Of a DNA stretch of 64,000 nt, positions 57,443 through 64,000 are shown piece after piece. How positions within the stretch are numbered: position 1 is the stretch's first letter; every line of letters begins with the position of its first letter. The stretch covers positions 1-64,000 of the IMG/VR virus record IMGVR_UViG_3300025264_000007; one strand, 5' to 3'. This DNA is from a virus. The notes beneath the pieces are model-generated. The model did not search any database. It worked only from the letters and a program-made list of their open reading frames with translations, and had not been told where the DNA came from. A program made the translations under genes and the position numbers.

Positions 57443-60400
57443 GTCAACCTCCTAAAGGTTCTGCGGAGACTGCGAGTGCTAAATCCCCATTTATCACTGT
57501 GTTCTAGGTTGGCGACGTAAACTTTATTCAAGGAAATCCTGTCGTTGTCTTTGACGCCCCAGCATCTAATGCGGGCATCAAAGGCGTTGCTGTCAGTCGT
57601 GTGGATAATCCAATACGCTGCGCCGTTCTTTGTCTTCTTTACTTTTACTTCCCTCGGAATGAACCAGACCAGTTGAAGGTCGGGGTCATACTCGCTGATA
57701 GGTGGGCAGCCTCGTCCCATTAGATTGTCCTGAATCTCTTGTGGCATAATCTCGTGGATCGGAAAGATGCCAGTGAGAGAGGCGAAGTGTTCCAGCTTCT
57801 CTTCATCCGTGAAGTCTCCTTCGGGAGCGTAGAGTTCAATGTTATCCTCAAGGTTTTTCTCCTTGCGTGGCCGGTCAACTGCTACCGCTGACCAAAAGTG
57901 TCTGAGTCCTGTGAACCTGTCATCCATCAACTCGTCAAGAGCTTTACTCCTGACCAGCACATCCAAGGCTTTCTTGTTGAGTTTGGAGTAGGTAATGTTC
58001 TCATGGAAAAGGAACTCCTCAATCGTATTGAAGGGTCGGTTGTTGATAATCTGGTCTAGGGCGCTGTCGCCCAGACCTTTGATGCCGGCAAGCGGTTGAA
58101 TTAATGTTTTGCCGTCGTCTCCAATTTCCCAGACTCGTCCTGATCTATTAATGCTGGGTGGCTCTATCTCAAACCCAAAGGCTTTGGCGGTGTTGATAGC
58201 GCCAGCCTTCTTGTCCTCTGGTTCCTTGTCCAAGAACGCAGCCATCCACTCAACGGGATAATAATAACTAAGCCACGCACACTGGAATGACACCGCTCCG
58301 TAAGATACAGCGTGTGACAAGTTGAAGCCATATCCGGAGAAGTATTCCATGTTGGCCCACTGTTTATCGGCCACCTGTTGGGATAGCCCATGCTCGGCAC
58401 AACCTGCTACGAACTTTTTATAAATCTTGTCTCTTACTTTATCTTTTCCTGTCCCCTTTTTCGTCAGAACTTTACGGAGGAGGTTGCCCTCGTCCAGAGA
58501 AATATCCTTGCCGAGCTTGTGAGCTAGCATCGCCAACTGTTCTTGGAAGACCAGTAGTCCGTGAGTCTCGCCCAAAACTTCTTTAATGATTGGGTGGTCG
58601 TAATAAACTTGGCTCGGGTTGGTCTTGTTGGCAACATAGAGACTATGCGCCTTAGCGGATAAAGGTCCCGGTCTGAAGATAGCTGTGACCGCTGCGAAGT
58701 CTAGTAACGATGTGGGCTCTGCTTCTTGGCAGAACCGTTGTGCTCCGCCGTTGGTCATCTGGAAGATGCCAGCCCACTTGCCTTTGTGAAAAACCTCTCG
58801 CCAGACTTCTTGGTTGTCAAAATCAATTGCGTCGGGATGGAGATGAGCATTATAATAATCTCTGACCTGTTCAAATGTCGGCTCTTCAATCCCTTCGTGT
58901 CGTTTTAATATATGTCGGATGGCTCCCGAAATCATACGGAGAGTTGATAGTCCGAGCAGGTCGAATTTAATGAAGCCGAGTGGCTCAAGGTGGCGAACGT
59001 TCTGGCCTTCACTCCACGGGGTCTGGATGACTCCGCCGGAATTGATGAGCGGCATATGTTTGTCAAGGTCCTCTGCTACAACCACGCCGCCAGCGTGTCG
59101 TGATATGCTCCGCATATTGCCGAACAGATTATCAACGTGAGTCTCAATATGAGGATACTTTTGGAAGAAGTCTTGGAGGGTTTCACTGTATTCTTTTACC
59201 TCCGTAAATGTTGGGGTATAGACGCCAGCGATTTGACCGTGCGCTTTCTTGGCTAGAGGTGTGGCTTCGCTCATCATAACACCAGTGACCTTGTTGACTT
59301 CCATAAACGGAATGTCATAGAACTTGCCAATGTCTTTGATGAGAGAGCGGAGTTGAAGCGTATTGAAGTTGCTGATGGGGACGACCGTTGTCTTTCCCCA
59401 GTCTTCTGCTAGTTGCTCCTTCAAAGCCATTGGCTCCTCAACATCAAAGTCAATGTCCGGGTAGCCTTTGCCGCCCTTGGTTAAGAACCTCTCAAACTGT
59501 AGGTCGTATTTGATGGGGTCAATCTGAGTAATGTCTAGAACATATGACAGGAGGGAGCCAGCGGCTGAACCTCGTCCAAGTCCTACCAACATTTCCTCCT
59601 GGGCTTTATCACTGATAGCTTTCATCGTCAGAAAATACTGGGCGAACCCTCGGTCCTTGATGATTCCTAGTTCATATTTAAGACGCTCCACATACTCGGG
59701 GTCTGTGATATTCTTTTCTTTCATTCCCGCCAAGGCGTCTTGGGTCAGAGCTTGGATGGCTGTCTTGCCTTTGGGCACCACGAATTCTGGGAGGCGTACT
59801 TCACTGCCCGGAAGGAAATCTTCACAGCGATCAAAAGCGATGTGATGGGTGCGTTCAATGCTGTCACGGATGGCGGTATCATCATAACTGATACGGTGCT
59901 TGGCTGAATATCGTTTGTAACTCTCCCACATCTGGTCCCCATTTTTGGGATAGAGTTCGTAGCCGACTTCATCAACCGTCTCGGGAAGACCGTTGTCGCC
60001 GTCAGCCCACGCTGGAACTTTGCCGCCCCAGCCGATGCGCTTATACATCTCTCGGTCTTTCCAAAGTTCTGGTCGGGGGTAGTGACTGTCGGCAGTGCTG
60101 ATAATCTCTACGCCCATTTCCATACAGGCTTGGATAATATAATTGTTGCCTTCGTGCTGTTCCTTGATATCGTTCCATTGAACCTCTCCGTAGAAGCGGT
60201 CGCCAAAGATTTCTTTGAACTGGGCGATTGTGTCCCGCATCGCTGAAAGAACGTGGTCTGGGCTCTTGTCTCTGTTCTTCCAGAAGTCTGCGAACAAAGG
60301 ACCAGACATACAGGCGCTGCTGATGATGAGCCCCTCATTGTATTTGTCCAGCATCTCAAAATCCATACGAGGATAACGATAAAAGTTTTCAGGTTGGTAG

Positions 60401-60858
60401 CTGTTGGATACCAACTGGAAAAGATTGTTGAGACCTGTCTGGTTCTGCGCAACCATCACAAGGTGGTTGCGGCTATTGAGAGGATTAAATTTCTTTTGTC
60501 GGTCCTCATCTTCAATGACCATTCCATACTCTTCTTTTTTTTGTTTCTTCTTGGAGTTGGCCTTGTGTTCTTCATACATTGTGCGCCACTTACGATGGGA
60601 CTTGATGAAGTAGGATTCACATCCGTAGATGGCTCGGAAGTCTTTGCCGTCTGCCTTCATTTGCTTCAAGTGTTCCACCTGAAATGACAAGCCGTTCATG
60701 TGACCGTGGTCGGTGAGAGCGTGGGCATTCATCCCGTTCTCGTAGGCGAAATCCATATGTTCGCCTGGCATCCCCAATCCGTCAAAGGGGGAGAGCCCAG
60801 AGTGTGCATGAAGACCCACAAATGGGATCTTGCTTACAATCCGTTCAGACATTAGCAA
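57439..60858 (-). CDS. dnaE: DNA polymerase III alpha subunit
   Basis: PHP (LHAHS..DG, LTDHG, DSHY), GRGSAAGS, FERFL, PDIDFD, SRHAGG, KFDLLGL, YGFNLSHA. Confidence 0.96.
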   Translation of the reverse strand: MLMSERIVSKIPFVGLHAHSGLSPFDGLGMPGEHMDFAYENGMNAHALTDHGHMNGLSFQVEHLKQMKADGKDFRAIYGCESYFIKSHRKWRTMYEEHKANSKKKQKKEEYGMVIEDEDRQKKFNPLNSRNHLVMVAQNQTGLNNLFQLVSNSYQPENFYRYPRMDFEMLDKYNEGLIISSACMSGPLFADFWKNRDKSPDHVLSAMRDTIAQFKEIFGDRFYGEVQWNDIKEQHEGNNYIIQACMEMGVEIISTADSHYPRPELWKDREMYKRIGWGGKVPAWADGDNGLPETVDEVGYELYPKNGDQMWESYKRYSAKHRISYDDTAIRDSIERTHHIAFDRCEDFLPGSEVRLPEFVVPKGKTAIQALTQDALAGMKEKNITDPEYVERLKYELGIIKDRGFAQYFLTMKAISDKAQEEMLVGLGRGSAAGSLLSYVLDITQIDPIKYDLQFERFLTKGGKGYPDIDFDVEEPMALKEQLAEDWGKTTVVPISNFNTLQLRSLIKDIGKFYDIPFMEVNKVTGVMMSEATPLAKKAHGQIAGVYTPTFTEVKEYSETLQDFFQKYPHIETHVDNLFGNMRSISRHAGGVVVAEDLDKHMPLINSGGVIQTPWSEGQNVRHLEPLGFIKFDLLGLSTLRMISGAIRHILKRHEGIEEPTFEQVRDYYNAHLHPDAIDFDNQEVWREVFHKGKWAGIFQMTNGGAQRFCQEAEPTSLLDFAAVTAIFRPGPLSAKAHSLYVANKTNPSQVYYDHPIIKEVLGETHGLLVFQEQLAMLAHKLGKDISLDEGNLLRKVLTKKGTGKDKVRDKIYKKFVAGCAEHGLSQQVADKQWANMEYFSGYGFNLSHAVSYGAVSFQCAWLSYYYPVEWMAAFLDKEPEDKKAGAINTAKAFGFEIEPPSINRSGRVWEIGDDGKTLIQPLAGIKGLGDSALDQIINNRPFNTIEEFLFHENITYSKLNKKALDVLVRSKALDELMDDRFTGLRHFWSAVAVDRPRKEKNLEDNIELYAPEGDFTDEEKLEHFASLTGIFPIHEIMPQEIQDNLMGRGCPPISEYDPDLQLVWFIPREVKVKKTKNGAAYWIIHTTDSNAFDARIRCWGVKDNDRISLNKVYVANLEHSDKWGFSTRSLRRTFRRLT

Positions 60859-60880
60859 CCTTTCTGTTTAGTATGCTTCT

Positions 60881-60908
60881 AGTATACATCAAAATAAGAA
60901 AATTTCAA
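60881..60908 (-). promoter_or_regulatory. Promoter of dnaE
   Basis: TTGAAA-16-TATACT. Confidence 0.65.
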
Positions 60909-60910
60909 GT

Positions 60911-60941
60911 AAAAAATGAGCGGGGTACCCCCTCCCCGCTC
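60911..60941 (-). terminator. Intrinsic terminator
   Basis: GAGCGGGG/CCCCGCTC stem + ATTTTTT. Confidence 0.75.
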
Positions 60942-60991
60942 GCCACCCGCCGTAACAGGGAACACCAATTACCTCTAAATAGTAATCCGCG

Positions 60992-61348
60992 TCACGCTTC
61001 GGCGGTGCTTTCTTCATCAAGGGGGCTCCCGTATACATCCTTGTGCCCGTCCTGGTAAGTAATGATGGTTCGATTAGCTGGGTGTGGTTCAATGTGAACC
61101 TTCACAAAATCGCTCATACTATCAAAGATGGCAATACCTCCACGGGGCGGTGGGTACAGCCAATGAACAACACACTGTCCAGTCGCCATGACGACGCCTT
61201 CAATAACGACGCCGTCGCCGGAGACTCCGGTCTCATCATGCTGGCGGAATACTGTAAAACTGGTAATCCCTCGTGGTGCCAGCTTTGAAGGTGGCTTGGG
61301 GATTAAGTCGTCAGCAACCTCTTCAGCCGTTTTCTGTTCTTCGCTCAT
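60992..61348 (-). CDS. Conserved-looking phage hypothetical protein
   Basis: FTVFRQHDETGVSGDGVVIEGV..TGQCVVHW; SD GGAG. Confidence 0.7.
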   Translation of the reverse strand: MSEEQKTAEEVADDLIPKPPSKLAPRGITSFTVFRQHDETGVSGDGVVIEGVVMATGQCVVHWLYPPPRGGIAIFDSMSDFVKVHIEPHPANRTIITYQDGHKDVYGSPLDEESTAEA

Positions 61349-61637
61349 TTTGATATTCTCCGTAAGCATTCAAAACATTCTCTAACCACTGGGTGCTTAC
61401 TGGCGTAAGCCAGTCTACCCGAATCTCTTCAGGCTCCCGATAGGAGGATCTCATTTTTTTATCCCAGGCAATCTTGGCAATATGAATGTCGTCTTCCAGC
61501 CAGTTAACTTTGCAATAAGCCCAGCCGTGGTCGCCGATTCGTTTGGAACGCACGACGCCTAGGCGCAAAAGTTTGTGGTGCATGTTCATTACAAATGTTC
61601 CCACATGAATTCCGTAGGGTTCGTCTTTTAATCTCAT
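61323..61637 (-). CDS. SH3-like protein (IHVGTFV)
   Basis: Motif, LGVV, CKVNW. Confidence 0.6.
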   Translation of the reverse strand: MRLKDEPYGIHVGTFVMNMHHKLLRLGVVRSKRIGDHGWAYCKVNWLEDDIHIAKIAWDKKMRSSYREPEEIRVDWLTPVSTQWLENVLNAYGEYQNERRTENG

Positions 61638-61651
61638 TGTTCTACCTTTCT

Positions 61652-62164
61652 TTACTCGCCCTCTAATTGGGCTTGTTCGTCTTCGCCGACTCTGGTGGCT
61701 TCATAGGGAATGAAAAGAGATACCACATCAAAGCCGGACAACGAATAAAAAATGCCGTCATAACTTTCTCGGATATGCTCTAGCATATCGTTCCATTCCA
61801 TTCCTTTGCGCAATCCATAGACACGATGGCGGTGCATCTCCTTGTGACCCTCGGGGTCGTTGCGAAAATCATAGATGCGATTAGCGAGAATCGTTGCTTG
61901 GTAAAGATACCGTCCTGACGACACTTGTCTTTCCTTCTGTTCCAAATCTACATACCAAAATGTTCTGGGCACCGTACTTGTTTCATACTCTCTCATAGAA
62001 AACGAACTTCTTTTAGCTTTGTCGGCAAAATATTTGGGGTCTACTATAATCTCTTCTTGGTTTGTGGGGGCATAATGGTATAGGGTGAGGGTACCCCCTC
62101 TGTCGTAGCGATTCATCTGGGCCTCACTGAGGAACTCTTTAAAATCTTTAATAAGTTTTTTCAT
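61652..62164 (-). CDS. Putative ART-like protein with MKKLIKDFKEFLSE leader
   Basis: LTLYHY, TFWY, YLYQA.I, IYD, YDGI pattern. Confidence 0.5.
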   Translation of the reverse strand: MKKLIKDFKEFLSEAQMNRYDRGGTLTLYHYAPTNQEEIIVDPKYFADKAKRSSFSMREYETSTVPRTFWYVDLEQKERQVSSGRYLYQATILANRIYDFRNDPEGHKEMHRHRVYGLRKGMEWNDMLEHIRESYDGIFYSLSGFDVVSLFIPYEATRVGEDEQAQLEGE

Positions 62165-62859
62165 AAATTCTTTTTTAGTTCCCGAAGTTTGAGACGCAGG
62201 ATTTGGCGATGGTGCCAGCGGGACTTGGGTGTCCTGTTGGTATCCAGAGAGTATCCAATTCTGTTATTGATTTCCTTTATCAAAGTTTTATTAGTCTTTC
62301 GCTGTTGCGCTGTTAAACTGGGAAGGTCGTAATCATATTCATGACCTTCTTCCATTTCATATTGGTCGTCAAAGAAGGGAATATAAAATTTACGAGCGGC
62401 TGACTGCCGTTCTTGAGAGAAGAAATCTTCGCGCGACTGAACTTCTTCGTCGAACAAGACTGCATCTCTCTTCTGCATCGTCTGGTCGCCCTCGATGTAT
62501 TCAAAAACAAACCGGTTTTCCTCCGTCTTCTCCCCCCAAATGACTGACTCTTGGTTAAAATATTTGCCAGCCTCAACCATATCTTCACGGCTGATATTGG
62601 GTATCATCATAGAACGCTCCTTGCTACCGAACTTTCCACGAATGCGGATAGGTCCATAGCCCCTCTCTCGAAACCAAGCCATCAATTCTTTGTTAAGTTC
62701 TCGGTTTTCTTTGGAGGATAATTTTTGAGCCATTGGGTTTTCGCCGGTCATAAAGCCGACCGTATCTACCGAGGCTACTTTACCCTGTAGGATATTCTTG
62801 ATCCGGTTAAACCCAGATTCATTCAAGAACTTTTTCCACTCTGTCAATAAACTTTTCAC
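62161..62859 (-). CDS. DUF3293-like protein with MKSLLTEWKKFLNE leader
   Basis: MTGENP..EN..N.EL...GY...GKFG..ERS...G..FNQESV. Confidence 0.6.
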   Translation of the reverse strand: MKSLLTEWKKFLNESGFNRIKNILQGKVASVDTVGFMTGENPMAQKLSSKENRELNKELMAWFRERGYGPIRIRGKFGSKERSMMIPNISREDMVEAGKYFNQESVIWGEKTEENRFVFEYIEGDQTMQKRDAVLFDEEVQSREDFFSQERQSAARKFYIPFFDDQYEMEEGHEYDYDLPSLTAQQRKTNKTLIKEINNRIGYSLDTNRTPKSRWHHRQILRLKLRELKKNL

Positions 62860-62863
62860 TTAT

Positions 62864-63118
62864 TTACTCCACGCAAATGAGGTGATTTTCTCCGATAAAA
62901 ATATATTCATGGCCCTCGACCTTAACCGTCTCCATCCCAAACGCATGAAACACGATCTTTTTATCCGTAAGGTCGGAGGAGCAATCATCAGCACAAGCGA
63001 TAACCCTAGCGGTTAGAAACTCGGCTGCCTGTTCTTCAACCGGAACGAAAAAAACCCCCTCCTTTTTTTTCTCTTTTATTACCTCAATAAGTAGTCTGCG
63101 GTTTAGCGGTTTCATCAT
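62864..63118 (-). CDS. groES: Co-chaperonin GroES-like
   Basis: MKPLNRRLLIE, GVFFVP, ARVIA, KIVF, VKVEGHEYIFI.E..LI. Confidence 0.75.
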   Translation of the reverse strand: MMKPLNRRLLIEVIKEKKKEGVFFVPVEEQAAEFLTARVIACADDCSSDLTDKKIVFHAFGMETVKVEGHEYIFIGENHLICVE

Positions 63119-63167
63119 AGCTCCGTTCGATACTCTGATATCATCATATTATATGTTGACGTTTTTG

Positions 63168-64000
63168 TCAAGTAATTTCACACTCACCGCCGGCACACGC
63201 TGCCTCCCCCTTAAGGTCGGTGTTATCATCTTCTTCCACAATCGTCGTAAGATCAACGGTGGCAAGCTTTTTCATCATCACGGTATATTTTTCCTCTGAA
63301 CAATCTTCAAAGGGGGGTTGGCAATAAGTTCCTCCGTTATGGGGAAGGACACTCAGTCCGTTATAATGATTGCGATTGTCCCACATCCATTCCCCAGCAT
63401 CGATCCACTCGTTCTCATGCAGGGAGATGGTGGCAGAGACGTTGTGTCCGTTTTGACCTGAGCGTTTGCCTGGGCTAACCCATTCTTGTGTTATTTTCTT
63501 TACTCGTCGCAAAAGTTGGAAGGCAGATTCCGTGCGGAGGATGGCCCCTTCGGGAGCCTTCTGGGGCACCGAGATGACGGCTGTATCGTGGGGGCGGAAG
63601 AACTCGTCTTCCACCAACTCCGGGTGGTGAATTGCTAGGTGCCAATAAATTGGCTCATTTTTGCCAACCCTAATGCGGCGAATATAATAATCATTGTGCC
63701 AAGCATGAATGCCGCTAGAGGTTCCCAGGGTCAAACTAGTGGTTCCTGCGGGCTTTACGCAGGTTGTGCGGGCAGCGTGATTGATACTTATAAGATCAGC
63801 AACTCGGGCATTTTCTGCCTTGACTGCTCGGGCCGCTGCCGTCAAATCTATGTCGTCTTGGAGAACTCTTCCTGATGCAATGCCTGTCATTGACACACCG
63901 ATGAGAGCATCCTTTTCGGTGTTGCGCTGCCAGATGTTGCGAAGGTAATGAAAGTCGGTGTATCCCGCTTGAAGAGTGCCGATAAAAGCGGCGGCCTTCA
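63168..64000 (-). CDS. nrdJ: Class II (B12-dependent) ribonucleotide reductase, C-terminal part
   Basis: Frame open to window end: GTLQAGYTDFHYLR..DALIGVSMTG, TTCVKPAGTTS, SSGIH, HNVSAT, GLSVLP, ACAGGECE. Confidence 0.9.
   Translation of the reverse strand, partial: KAAAFIGTLQAGYTDFHYLRNIWQRNTEKDALIGVSMTGIASGRVLQDDIDLTAAARAVKAENARVADLISINHAARTTCVKPAGTTSLTLGTSSGIHAWHNDYYIRRIRVGKNEPIYWHLAIHHPELVEDEFFRPHDTAVISVPQKAPEGAILRTESAFQLLRRVKKITQEWVSPGKRSGQNGHNVSATISLHENEWIDAGEWMWDNRNHYNGLSVLPHNGGTYCQPPFEDCSEEKYTVMMKKLATVDLTTIVEEDDNTDLKGEAACAGGECEIT

Noticed and set aside
57439-60858. Intein or intron in dnaE
   Set aside because: Normal length and contiguous motifs; no intein-like insertion noticed

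Overview
The window is most likely a 64-kb segment of a large (jumbo-type) dsDNA bacteriophage genome. Essentially all credible genes lie on the minus strand, tightly packed and often overlapping, and many are orphans. It holds replication and nucleotide genes (dnaE, partial class II RNR, dUTPase, IMPDH/GMPR-like) and four DNA methyltransferases. There is a host-like proteostasis set (GroEL, GroES, ClpP, FtsH, FKBP, glutaredoxin), a complete YeaH-SpoVR-PrkA operon followed by cysK, a MoxR/VWA pair and two peptidoglycan enzymes. The tRNA locus has Arg, Thr, Gly and a CAU tRNA split by an Azoarcus-like group I intron, flanked by tilS and a free-standing endonuclease whose stop codon lies inside the tRNA. 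Less obvious structure: (i) about 30 small '[MFYL]-K-x-G-D-L-V' SH3/KOW-like paralogs, 19 in one 4.2-kb array often chained by a stereotyped 14-nt overlap; (ii) late proteins sharing Glu-terminated N-terminal leaders fused to ART-like, kinase, nuclease and DUF3293/SAM-lyase-like domains (candidate virion-packaged effectors); (iii) two promoter classes, TTGAC-N16-TAnnnT (often with ATCCRTG) and ACTANTTA. A PilX-like pilin and a DAG-repeat lipoprotein hint at a Myxococcota/deltaproteobacterial host. All calls come from motif recognition by eye; no database searches were run.
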